DNA from: Podarcis melisellensis | Taxonomy: Eukaryota | Assembly: GCA_964234715.1 (NCBI GenBank) | Contig: OZ174280.1 | DNA length: 64,000 nucleotides | Direction: 5' to 3' (one strand) | Shown here: positions 37,531-50,200 of the stretch, piece by piece | How the letters are laid out: every line of letters begins with the position of its first letter | Position numbering within the stretch: the stretch's first letter is position 1 | Translations under genes and position numbers: made by a program | The notes under the pieces: model-generated | What the model was told of the DNA's origin: nothing | What the model saw: only the letters and a program-made list of their open reading frames with translations | Database searches by the model: none

Positions 37531-37788
37531 CAGTGGTACCTTGGGTTAAGAACTTAATTCGTTCTGGAGGTCTGTTCTTAACCTGAAACTGTTCTCAACC
37601 TGAGGTACCACTTTAGCAAATGGGGCCTCCCACTGCCGCTGTGCCGCCACCATGAGATTTCTGTTCTCATCCTGAAGCAAAGTTCTTAACCTGAAATACT
37701 ATTTCTGGGTTAAAGGAGTCTGTAACCTGAAGCATCTGTAACCTGAAGCATCTGTAACCTGAAGCATCTGTAACCCGAGGTACCACTG
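37531..37788. mobile_element. Tigger-like MITE with expanded 16-bp subterminal repeat
   Basis: TA-flanked TIRs; TCTGTAACCTGAAGCA repeated three times plus a partial unit. Confidence 0.93.
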
Positions 37789-39832
37789 TATATTCTATGG
37801 GTTCCTGGTTAAACTAATATTGCTTATGTTAAGGTTTCCGTTAAGGGATGCCATAGGATTTAGAAGCATTAAAAAAAACCAGGGACATTAAAAACAATTG
37901 AATTATAACTTAGAACATGGCAAGCTTCCACCAAAGTAAAAAAAAAGGAGGGAATACAAACCCTTGAATTCTGTAAATAAAAACTACGCTAAATAATATA
38001 TTCATTTTTTTTCTGTGGCTATAGGGCAATGTTTCTATCGACAAGTCTAAGAATACAATGGCTACTAATCTCAATTCTGTATTTCACTTGCTGCTGCAAA
38101 GAAACATACAGTAGCCTCCTTAAAAAGTAATTAAAACCAGACCACACAATATATCTGCCCAGCATCGCCATCCATTAATGGGAATGATGGATGCTCTGCA
38201 TTAATCCTGCCACAGTTACAGCCCTATGTCCAACGTGAAAAAAAGCAATGTGATTCAGTAAAGTTACCTCCTGCAAATTGTGTCCATATTTCACCCGAAT
38301 AGCAGAAATCCTGTCTTGGTAGACTAATTCTTGCTTTAACTGATGCAGGGCTGAGCTAATCTCATGTTACTAAGAGATACTGTGAGGTTCCTGACAAAGC
38401 TAACGGTGGTATTGGTTGCTGGCAAACAATACCGGTTGCTGGGAACTGCAAGTGGGGATAATGTTGCTGCACTCCTGTCCAGCTTGTGGACTTCCCATAG
38501 ACATCTGGTTGGCCACTGGGAGAACAGGATGCTAGACCAGTTGGGCCATTTTCTTATGTCTTTATGGCAGCAAAATCTGTCGTAAGATAAGTAGCAGCTG
38601 TTGACACTGAGAGTGGTGCTGCAATTATGAAACGGAATATGTGGGGTAGTCCTCAAAGAGATCCACGAGCCCCACCCTGAATGCCCTCAACTTTAATCAG
38701 ATGGTGACTCCTGGTAGACTTCCAAAAACAGTAGTAAAGAGGGTCATCACAAAAGGAAAGATGGTGAGACCACCTCTGGTCACTGTGTAACACAAACATT
38801 GATCATAGGTCTTTCCTGATAATCAGGGGAAAAACAGCAACACTAACATGTTTGAAATATAAAGGCCAAACATCATTATTTGCTGAAGTCACAGGAATAA
38901 TCTCCTGATACCTTTATGCGTGCAAGACACAACAGTAAGACAAGACACAAGGTTGTTGGGTAAACTAGGGCCACAATATTTCACAATATGATCTGCAACT
39001 TAACATGCACAGGGTTCACACACTTACCTAGCCAATCTGGCTCCTGGGTTTTGGGATAGTCACCCCACTATTGCTAGTGGCCATGTGTCAGAGAAAACAG
39101 AGATACACAATCAGCAGCCAGATAAAAAGGCAGCTACCAGTTTGCCTGATACATGTACCAGGTTGGAGAGCAGAGAGAGTGGGAGAAAGTGAGACATTAG
39201 CAGGAAGGAGATTAAGAGAAGCGGGATAGAGTTAGAACGAAACAACAATACCAGGAGGTGAAGGAGAGTCTAAAGTGAAAAAGAGCAGAGAGCAGCAGTT
39301 ACTAGGTTGATAGATGCTGACAGAAAGGGTAACATAGAGGAAGCCGCCAAAGACCAGGAGAAGAGGAAGGAGGGAGAACAGAATGAGAAGGCCAGGAGGA
39401 ATTGGCAAGCTCTTCTCCAGGAGTGAAAGAATCACTGGGCAAGGAGCTGCTTAACGCTATCACTGATCCTGTCATTCTCGACTCAAAATTTCCCTCAAAA
39501 TTAGTGGTACTATAGGTCTATGAACATTCTGAATTAAGGTTTAATTATTTTTGTTACTTCAATCCATCTCAATGTATTATTTACTTTAAGATTTTGCACT
39601 ATATTTTTGCTTTTATTTTATATGTGTATTGTGATTTAGTATTTAGTCATTTTTATTCATAGTAGTATATATAATTGGTAGTTTGATTAGTTCATCTTTT
39701 TATTCTATGATTTTGTATGTTACATTGGCTTAACACCAAATCAGTTATTATGTATGTTACTAAATATGGGAATTCCAATTTACAGCTTCTAGTTTAGAAA
39801 TATGTTTGTGGCTCTTACTGCTATTTTTAAAT

Positions 39833-39836
<4 letters not shown>

Positions 39837-39893
<57 letters not shown>
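39837..39893. repeat. (AT)n microsatellite
   Basis: Seen directly. Confidence 0.99.
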
Positions 39894-39897
<4 letters not shown>

Positions 39898-40987
39898 CCT
39901 CCATCATCAGATGCTTTCCAACCTGCAAGAAAATAAAATGAGGCCCTTGTGTCTTTTCTGCTGTGGGAAGAAAAGCTGGATGATTCTGAGCAAACAAATA
40001 TGACACGGGGAATTGTTATGTAACTTGTTCTATTTCCACGGAAACTGACAGCTTCCAAGCCTGCTTTTCATTTAAAAACCAAGCAGGAGGCTATTAACTT
40101 GCTTACAAGGAGGGAATCAAATCCAATTCAAGGGTCCATTTAGCAATAACCACACGAGGTCTCAGGTATTTCCCAGCCCATTTCCCAAGATCTTGGGATA
40201 TATGCCTCCCCGTTCCATTGCACTATACATCCTAGGGCCGTTCTCACGCTGGTGCTGCTCTAGCAGTATTCCCCGTGATATCCTCCTACCCAATAATGCC
40301 TGAGACTGTAGCAGGGGACTTATTGAAGGTGGCATATGCAAAGGTCAGTAGAACACACTGCTTTCCGAAACAATGAGTGCAACCTTTCTCTTGTTTACAT
40401 GGAAATAAATCTCACTGTGTTCAATGGGACCTATTCTCAGAGTTTGCATAGGATTGCAGATTAATCCTGCACATAATGAAGGGCAGGTCTTTGCACTTTG
40501 CTGTGATTCTTTCATCACTGTCATCCTGAGATGAAACCTATTTGATTCATCCCTTGAAACGGCATTTCTGCAGTGCAGAGCGAAGAGAAAAGGGAGGAAT
40601 TAAAAGCAGAGCCCTGCTTTTAGAGTACAGTGTTGATGCAGGGGGGTAGCTTTTTAGTGCCTTGACAGAATAATACTAAACAATATATTCTCAGAGTTTG
40701 CTATTTTAGGAATGTTTAGAAAAGCAGCCATGATCTATGTGAGTAAGCAATCTCTGGAAACCACACAGAGCACTAAGTTCTATTGGCAGTACATTTGAAA
40801 ATACAGGGGTTTTTTATATATTTTCCAGAAAGGCGTAAAACCCAGAAGGGTAAGCAGACTTTGGATGCCAAGTTTCAAGAGTCGCATCTAAATTTTACTA
40901 AAATGGAGGAAATTCATCATAAGCTGTTGGCCAGAGGATAAGACTCTGAGGTTGCATTCAGACATGGGATTTACTGCAATAGTTTTA

Positions 40988-41555
40988 AAAAATTGTCCAG
41001 TAGCACCTTAGGTAAAAAGGTAAAGGGACCCCTGACCATTAGGTCCATTCGTGGCTGACTCTGGGGTTGTGGCGCTCATCTTGCTTTATAGGCCGAGGGC
41101 ATACACCTTCTGGGTCATGTGGCCAGCATGACTAAGCTGCTTCTGGCAAACCAGTGCAGCGCATGGAAACACCGTTTACCTTCCCACCGGAGCGGTACCT
41201 ATTTATCACGTCAAATTGCAAACTTTGACGTGCTTTCGAACTGCTAGGTTGGAAGGAGCAGGGACCGAGCAACGGGAGCTCACCCCGTCGCAGGGATTCG
41301 AACCGCCAACCTTCTGATCGGCAAGTCCTAGGCTCTGTGGTTTAACCCACAGTCAAAATAAATAAATTTAAAAATTGTCCAGTAGCACCTTAGACACCAA
41401 CTAAGTTTGTTCTGGGTATAAGCTTTTGTGTACATTCACACTTCTTCAGAAAGCTTATACCCAGAACAAACTTGGCTGATCTCCAAGATGCTACTGGACA
41501 ATTTTTAATTTATTTATTATGACTGTGTCAGACCAGCACAGCTACCTACCAGAAT
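40988..41555. mobile_element. Penelope pLTR-only inverted (fold-back) insertion containing a Sauria SINE
   Basis: AAAATTGTCCAGTAGCACCTTAGA.ACCAACTAAGTTTG matches the 28.35-kb pLTR; inverted arms; 14-bp TSD CTGCAATA(G/A)TTTTA (40974-40987 and 41556-41569). Confidence 0.85.
41011..41352 (-). mobile_element. Sauria SINE lacking the first ~14 nt
   Basis: Highly similar to 60797-61153. Confidence 0.95.
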
Positions 41556-41657
41556 CTGCAATAATTTTACTGATTCTTATGCATAGTGCTTCTGTTCAAA
41601 TTTCAAGCATTCCTTTTACACTGTAGCTGTTACACTTTGGATCAGTGGCTTTTTGAT

Positions 41658-42536
41658 CATAGCTGTCAAGTGCCCCTTATTTGAAGGGGCAGTTCCTTAT
41701 TCCAGCACCATGTCCCGCTGCTGTCCCTTATTGATGGATGTCCCTTAAATGTCCCTTAAATGATGTCCCTTAAATTTCAAAGGAAGCAGCTTGTCTTCCT
41801 CCCTCCCTCCCTGCCAGCCAGGGAGGAGGGAGGCTCCAACTGTGTTGCTTGGCTGTGTTGCTCACCCAATAAGTCTAAGAATGACTGAGGGGTGGAGCCT
41901 GCATGCCTTGTGCTGATCAAATCGGCCGCATTGCCTGGGGACTCGCCTTTGCTCAGCGCTTCCCTGCGGAGAGGTGACGGTGGTTTTCCTTGAGGTGTCG
42001 TTTGGCTGCTTGCTGGGCTTTCTGCCTTTGGCTCAGAGGGGCTCAGAAGTTGAACATACCTGTGCTGAGTGCTCGGATCGGAATCGGATGGATACGTCAT
42101 TGACGGCCCACTCACCCTTGCCAGTGAAAAGGTCGGTCTGGAGCGGGGGCACATGGTGGGGGAAAAGGAAAGGAGATATTGTGGGAGGGGGGGAGGCTGT
42201 GTGTGTGTGTGGCTAGTTAATGCAAGCTGAGGGGTTTTTTGAATGCTGGATGCCATTTTGTTGCACGTGCTGCTGCAATCTTTGCAGTGCAAAGCCAGGC
42301 CGAGGAGCCATCTTAAGTTGAGGCTGCATAGGCCTTGTGGTGCATGTGATTCAGATTCTAGTCAGTTGAACCTCTGGTTACAAAGTTGGTTGGACAGTGT
42401 TCTCGAAGCTACCAGCATTAGTTTGACCAGACTGCAGGAGGACAGGAAGACTGGAGTGCCTGGAACAGGTGAGGCTGCAGGTCCCTTATTTTGGCTGCTG
42501 GTCCCTTATTTTCAAATCTGTAAGTTGACAGCTATG
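41658..42536. mobile_element. hAT non-autonomous element (879 bp) with cargo
   Basis: 12-bp TIR CATAGCTGTCAA/TTGACAGCTATG, perfect 8-bp TSD TTTTTGAT (41650-41657 and 42537-42544), subterminal GTCCCTTA repeats at both ends. Confidence 0.92.
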
Positions 42537-42828
42537 TTTTTGATCGATACACCATCATGTCACTCTAGATTTTAAACAGCAGGAGAAAACTCTATGCTGT
42601 AATACCATAGGAAATTGCAGTGTAAAAACTCCTGTGATTTTCCAAGTCAACAGCGTTGGAAACGGGGGTATTTTTTTCCCCTGGGAACATTTAACACAGA
42701 AATCAGCAATAAACTCCCACTAGATTTCCAGAAGGGGCTTCTGCATTGTGATGAAAGATCATGCCAAACACAGAATGTTTCAGGTAAGTAAACATCAGGA
42801 AAATAAAGTACTAAATATGCCTGTTGTC

Positions 42829-43493
42829 CATGGGCCACTGGTCCCATCACTTCCTGGCAAATAGAAGGGGAAGAAATGGAGGCAGTGAGAGATTTTACTT
42901 TATTGGGCTCCATGATCACTGCAGATGGTGACAGCAGTCATGAAATCAAAAGACGCCTGCCTCTTGGAAGAAAAGCAATGACAAACCTAGACAGCATCTT
43001 AAAGAGCAGAGAAATCACCTTGCCAACAAAGGTCCGTATAATTAAAGAAACGGTTTCCGCAGTAGTGGTGCATGGAAGTAAGAGCTTGACCATAAAGAAG
43101 GCTGATCGCCGAATAATTGATGCTTTGGAATTATGGTGCTGGAGGAGACTCTTGAGAGTCCCATGGACTGCAAGAAGATCAAACCTATCCATTCTGAAGG
43201 AAATCAGCCCTGAGTGCTCCCTGGAAGGACAGATCCTGAAGCTGAGGCTCCAATACTTTGGCAACCTCATGAGAAGAGAAGACTCCCTAGAAAAGACCCT
43301 GATGTTGGGAAAGATGGAGGGCACAAGGAGAAGGGGACGACAGAGGACAAGTAGGTTGGACAGTGTTCTTGAAGCTACTAACATGAGTTTGACCAAACTG
43401 CAGGAGGCAGGGGAAGACAGGAGTGCCTGGCATGCTCTGGTCCATGGGCTCATGAAGAGTCGGATACGACTAAATGACTAAACAACAACAACA
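42829..43493 (+). mobile_element. BovB (RTE) LINE, 5'-truncated
   Basis: 201-aa open frame MEAVRDFTLLGSMITADGDSSHEIKRR...; (CAA)n tail. Confidence 0.97.
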
Positions 43494-46400
43494 CTGTCTT
43501 GGTCAAAGGTAACCATTGTGGTGTTCTCCAGTTGAGTTGGTGTCCAAATCACATTAGACTCAGCCAGCATGGTCAATGGTCAGGTATGATGGGGGTTGCA
43601 GTCCTGCAGCATCTGGATAGCCAAAGGGTCCCCAACCATTGGTGTCTATGGAAGAACATCATTCAAAGCCTCACTGCTGTGCAAGGGCAGAATCAGAAAG
43701 CAAGTTCATGGAGCTGGTAGGGAGGCCCTTCAGGCCAGAGATGTCCTACCTCTGCTCCAAGCGATGATGCAGTAATGATATAATTGGATTAGAGGTCCCT
43801 GTGTAACCTGTATGGTCTGAGTCAGGCCCTTCTGGAAAGGACGTCTGTAGAAACAGAGAGGACCTTCTTTATGTCAGAGCCTGTATAGCCTTTACAATGT
43901 CCACAAGTCACTTTCATTTATAAAGTGCATGCATGTTCCTGGTATCCAGACACATGCAGCTTGATAGGAAGCCAAACTCCTTTCCATAGTGCTAGTTTGG
44001 AATAGTGCTAGTTTGGAATGAAATATCTACTTTCATTCTTGACCATAGTCATGACTTTTTGTCCTGCCAAAACTCAACCTCTCAGGTGGGTGCCATTGCT
44101 ATTCTAAGAGAACAAGGAAGGCATTCATGGTGAGTTCTGTCACCTCTTTTTCTAGAAAAATAGCACTGACTATAGTCAAGTATATATATGTTTTTCCTTT
44201 GCCCCTAGAGTCTTCTCATTTGACTTATTTTCCATCTTGCATTTCACAGTCATTTCTGGATTGCAGAAAGTAAGGTCGGTAAGTTGCCCCCATTGATGAG
44301 CACTTGGCTGATTACAGGATACAATTGTCATCTTAGTGGGAAGGCAATCAAACTATGGAGAGAGGATACTTGCTAGTACTTGGCAATGCTCCTTGATTAA
44401 AAAGGAAGCTCTTAGCTATCCCAAGCCGGAGGAATGTAAACAGCTAGACTGGTGAGGAGGCGTTCATTATATCATTGTTCCTGAACTGAGTGCTTGCCTG
44501 TGTTCATGTATGATTCACCATGCAAAAGTAACCTTTCTGTATGAGGGCCATACATGCTATGCTGAAGATTTCCAAACTAAAATGAATAGTGATCTGATCA
44601 TGTAAATGTTTACCAGAATTATAAATGGAGTTTTAAAAACAAATAATGGTGTTCTACTTTATGAATTTGGCCACTCCTGCCAATTTATAATATACTTTAA
44701 ATCTTGAATGTGATATGGTTTGTCACATCTTTCTCATTTACTTGGAATATGAAGTATGATCACAGATGTCCATCTAACAGAACCATGAAAATTATCTCTA
44801 TATGGCAGGAGGGCATTCTCCCTCTTACTTTGTCAGCTAATAACTTTAGGATATTTACTTCTACACTTGGCTACCATCTTTGTCCTTTAACGTTCATTCA
44901 TATTTAAGCATTAGAACATAAAAAAAATTCTATTTTACAAGAGTTTAAGAAAGACATTTCATACCATGAAAGTAAGAAGTCATTGCTTAGTTACTTTACT
45001 ACCAGTCAGTTCTCCATCATATCCTAATTCAGAGTTAGGTATTAATATGAATAGATCATTCTGGGCTTAGGTGGCAAACACTTATTGCTTCTGCTTTTGT
45101 AGTCCAAGGGATGAGAAAGTCTGAGGTCTTAGCCAAATGCATGTGGAGTTTTAACAGGAGCACCCCCCCCCAAAAAAAATGGCCACATAAGTGGTTATTC
45201 TTCCAATACTGGACTGGACCAATCTGTGGACCAATGTAGCTGTTAACAGTAAATGTATTGTAAACTCCACATGGTTTCTATGTTTATCCAACTACCATCT
45301 ATACTAATCATGACAAAATTGGAATTTGGGGGTTCTCTGTAACAGTGTGGATAACAGAATGCCAGTTTGAGTGTTGGGGAGGGACCTTCAATTCAAAACG
45401 AGAAGAGCCTTAGATGACTGACCAATCTCTTATTTTGCAACCAAGAGAGAGAGAGAAATATGTAAATCAGTGAGATCAAGCCCTTCATCTTGCTAAGGAG
45501 AAATGAAATGCTGTTCTTTGCCAGATGACACTGTAATAATTACCTGCTGGACCTTTCAAGTCATCTAGATAGGCTCAGATCAAAAGAGTATCCTTATACT
45601 CATAATTTCTATGTGTTAAAATACATGATGTGCTATCAGTTACCATTTCAAAAGAGACATGCATAAGAACCATTAAAATAATGTTATGAATTGCTTGAGC
45701 TCTAGGATAATTACATGCCTCTGATAAGAGGTTTCTAAAACTTGCCTATATATTTTCATTAAGAAATACCACCACCCGAATCTAAACACAGAAAACTTAC
45801 TTTTTTGAAGGAACGTTCACTCATAGTTCCTTATTGATAGACTTCAAAGAGATAGCTCTATTCCTTATTCACAGTTGACTAGTTATGATAATTATAGTGA
45901 AAGCAAATTGCAGCTGCTTAATTATCAATGACTGTTTAACCTTTCAGAAGATTTAAGAATGTGGTGGTGGCAGGAAGAATGTGTTTTCTGCTTAGCACCG
46001 AAGTTTCTCCAAGCAAGCAGAAATGAGGACAATTCTCCTATGTGGCATTTGGGAATGGACCCAGGGTGAAGGAAGCATAATCCTGAAATGGTGTGACATT
46101 CAATCATCACAGAGGCTGAGCAAAATTCAGCCACTGCCACCCAATTCTCAGTGGAATTTCCATAAAGGAAAATGCTCACATTTCTCGTTCTGCTCCCATT
46201 CACTACAGAAGAATTTGAGAAGAGCCTGGCTTAAAGGAGGTTCACCTAATCTTGCTAATGTACTGTAAACTTGTCCGTGGAAAAATAAACCCTTTATCTG
46301 TGGTTTCTGAAGCACTCTGTAGGAGGCCACTAGAAACTCATTTGGGTTTATCCATTCAGTCTAACTTCATAAAGAAAACCAGCAAATTTGATAAACACAT

Positions 46401-46689
46401 AGAAGTAACTCCATTCCATGCACTTGACCTGGATGGGTTTGGATTGGGATAGCAGCATTGTGTCCAGCCTTGAAACAGCGTAGGATATGTTGGCATCACA
46501 TGAACACATGTGTAACATCTTTGAACGCTCACCAAGGTGGACCCAGAAAGCCCTATACCACTCCCAGCAGACTATAATTGACAGTTGTCCCATCACCGTT
46601 GCTGCTGCTGCTGCTACAACTGCTGTTGTGATAGCTTGTTTGTTGCTTGTTACCTGAATTTCACTAAGTGACTTACAGAAAAAACCCAG

Positions 46690-46970
46690 AACAAAGCAAC
46701 CTCCATAACAGCCACAGGAAACTTGGCAGCACACTAATAACAAAGCAACACCATCTCAGTCTGTCAAAAGCCTGGAAAAAGTGATAAATCTTTACCTGGT
46801 GCCCCAAATATGTCAACCAAAGCACAAAGCAGAACTTGCTGAAGAGAGCATTCAACAAATGGGGAACCACAACTGATAAGGTCCTCCATTTTGTCATCAG
46901 CCTCTAAGCCTCCCTCAGAGAAGGAACCTTGAGAAGGGCCTCAGAAGGAGATTTAAGGATATGGGCAGTT
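46690..46970 (-). mobile_element. Degenerate L2 3' fragment
   Basis: RTLSVVVPHLLNAL resembles RAFSVVAPxLWNAL; AAAAGCCTGG marks the ORF end. Confidence 0.55.
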
Positions 46971-47268
46971 TTCTGTTATGTTTCAAGTTAATAAAATTGT
47001 GGCTCTAGTTAACACAACAATAAATGTCTTGCCTCTTTAGTCCTAGTTTCCTAGTCAATTGTATACATTGCCTTTTAAGTGTCTGAACTGTTAAGTTAGA
47101 ACTAAATGTGTTCCTGAATCAAATTTGAGTATTGATTTTCTTTGTTGAACACTTACAATCAAATTTGTACACTTTGAAAACTTTCAGCTTCTATCATTTT
47201 TTCAATTCAGATTTTAATAGAAGACAGACTTCAGCTTGGACTAGTTTGATTGGTTTGACTGGACTGTT

Positions 47269-50200
47269 TAATAATAATAATAATAATAAATTTTATTTAT
47301 ATCCCGCCCTCCCCAGCCAAAGCTGGGCTCAGGGCGGCTAACAACAGTCAAAATAGATCAACATTCTAAAAACATTCATTATAAAATTAATTAAAATCAA
47401 ATTAATGGCAACCATCAAGCAAAATTCTGGGTAGGTTGCCAGAGGAGGGGGTCAGGCTGCGCCCTGACCAAAGGCCTGGTGGAACAGCTCTGTCTTGCAG
47501 GCCCTGCGGAAAGATGACAGGTCCCGCAGAGCCCTAGTCTCTTGTGACAGAGCGTTCCACCAGATTGGAGCCGCGGCCGAGAAAGCCCTGGCTCTAGTTG
47601 AGGCCAGCCTAACCTCTCTGTGGCCTGGGATCTTTAGGATGTTTTTATTTGCAGATCGTAAATTTCTCTGTGGGGCATACCAGGAGAGGCGGTCCCGTAG
47701 GTACGAGGGTCCTAGGCCGTATAGGGCTTTAAAGGTTAAAACCAGCACCTTGAACCTGATCCTGTACTCCACCGGGAGCCAGTGCAGCTTGTATAGTACT
47801 GGATGAATATGATCTCGCAGCGAAGACCCCATAAGGAGTCTCGCCACGGCATTTTGCACCCGCTGGACTTTCTGGGTCAGTCTCAAGGGCAGCCCCACGT
47901 AGAGCGAGTTACAATAATCCAGTCTGGAGGTGACCGTCGCGTGGATCACAGTGGCTAGGTCAGGGCGAGAGAGATAAGGAGCCAACTGCTTAGCTTGGCG
48001 GAGATGAAAAAATGCCGCCTTTGTTATAGCTGTAATCTGCACCTCCATAGAGAGGGAGGTATCGAAGATTACACCCAAACTCTTAACGGACGATGCTGGC
48101 ACTAATTGCACCCCCGCAAGAGATGGGAGTTACCCCCTCAATCCCATATCGCTCCATCCCAGCCAGAGGACCTCTGTCTTCGAAGGATTTAACTTCAACC
48201 GGCTCCCACGTAACCATCCAGCCACAGCTTCCAGATATCTGGTCAATGTATCTGGGGCCGAGTCAGGATGGCCGTCCATCAACAGATAGAGCTGGGTGTC
48301 ATTGGCATACTGATGGCAACCCAGCCCAAAACTCCGGACAAGCTGGGCGAGGGGGCGCATAAAGATGTTAAAAAGCATCGGGGAGAGAATCGCACCCTGA
48401 GGCACTCCACACACCAAGGAGTGGCACGATGACAATTCCCCCCCAAGCGCCACCCTCTGTCCCCGACCAGAGAGAAATGAGCGCAGCCATTGAAGGAGTG
48501 TGCCCTGGATCCCCACGTCGGCAAGGCGGCGGTCTAGGAGTTCGTGATCGACCATGTCGAAGGCTGCTGACAGGTCTAGAAGAATCAGCAGCCCCGACCC
48601 GCCTTGATCCAGCTGCCTGCGGAGATCATCTGTTAGGGCGACCAGAGCTGTCTCGGTCCCATGACCAGCACGGAAGCCAGACTGGAATGGATCGAGAGCC
48701 GATGTTTCATCCAGAAACCTACCAAGCTGTTCAGCAACCGCTCTCTCAATCACCTTACCCAGGAATGGAAGATTTGAAACCGGGCGGTAATTGGATAGAT
48801 CTAAAGGATCTAATGATGTTTTCTTTAAGAGCGGACGCACCACTGCCTCCTTCAGTTCCCCTGGGAATATCCCGGTGCCAAGGGACAAATTGATGATATC
48901 ACCCAGGGGGGCCCGCACCTCGTCTGGACACGCTCTAATCAGCCAAGACGGGCACGGGTCAAGAGGACAGGTGGTGGGCTTTCCAGCTTGGAGGAGTCTG
49001 TCCACATTGGCTGGGGATATCCAGTCAAAGTGGTCCAATACTGGACCCGAAGACAGTCGAGGGGCCTCCAGTTCCTTTATTGTATCCAAATTGGCAGGGA
49101 GGTCATGGCGGAGCAACAGGACCTTCTCCGCAAAAAAGCTCGCAAATGCCTCACAGCTGTGTGTCAAATTGTTATTTAAATTTGGCTGTCCTTCAAGGGA
49201 CGTTAAAGACCTAATTATACTAAATAATTGTGCCGGGCGAGAGCTAGCGGAGGTAATGGAGGCCGAGAAGTAGGACTTCTTAGCGGCCTTCACTGCCATC
49301 TCGTAGGTTTTCATAAAAACCCTATAAGATGTTCTTGAGGCTCCGTCACGGGCACCCCGCCATACTCGCTCGAGCCGTCTGAGGTCCCGTTTCATTTTCC
49401 GAAGCTCCTCGGTAAACCAGGGAGCCCGGTTTCTGCGGGGTCGCAGAGGGCGCCTAGGTGCGATCTCATCGATGTCTGCTAGGAGCTGTATATTCCAGCC
49501 CTCAACAAGCTCAGTCAATGAGTCGCCAGGGGGAGCAAGGTCCCGTAAGGCCTGATGGAATCTATCAGGATCCATCAGCCTCTGCGGGCGAGCCCAAATT
49601 GGCTCGCCACCTAAGCAGGGTGGGGGTGAAAAATCAATCCTGGCTTTCAGTGCGTAGTGATCAGACCATGGCACCTTCATCGAAGGAAACATGATCACAT
49701 CTATACCGGCGCCAAAGATCAAATCCAGCGTGTGGCCTGCTTGATGTGTGGGGCCCGAAACAAACTGGGAGAGCCCTAGTGTCGCCATGGAAGACACCAG
49801 GTCCAGAGCCTGTGAGGAGGGAGTGGCATCAGCATGGATGTTGAAGTCCCCCAATACCAATAGGTTAGGGAACTCCAAGGCCCAGCCGGCCACCGCCTCC
49901 AGCAGGCCTGACAGGGTGGCTGCTGGTGCGCTAGGTGGCCGGTACACCAGCCAGACAGCCAAGCTCACCTCGGAGCCCCACACTAGGCCAACACATTCAA
50001 TGCCGGGGATCGATGGCGATGGTAGAGCCCTGAAAGATCAGTCTTCTCGGATTAATAATGCCACCCCTCCCCCCCGGCCCACAGTCCGCGACTGGTGGAG
50101 GACGGAGAAACCCGGGGGCGCCATCTCTCGTAAGGTAACAGTTTCCCCTTCACGCACCCAGGTCTCCGTCACACAAGCCAGGTCAACCCCGTGCGAGGTG

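Noticed and set aside
37719-37775. CRISPR-like or iteron-like array
   Set aside because: A spacerless 16-bp tandem expansion of a MITE subterminal repeat in eukaryotic DNA.
41777-42292. 171-aa Pro/Ser-rich ORF
   Set aside because: It lies inside a GC-rich hAT element, crosses a (CA)n tract and apparent splice signals, and has no recognisable domain.
43987-44019. 16-bp tandem duplication ATAGTGCTAGTTTGGA
   Set aside because: Ordinary replication slippage with no further structure.
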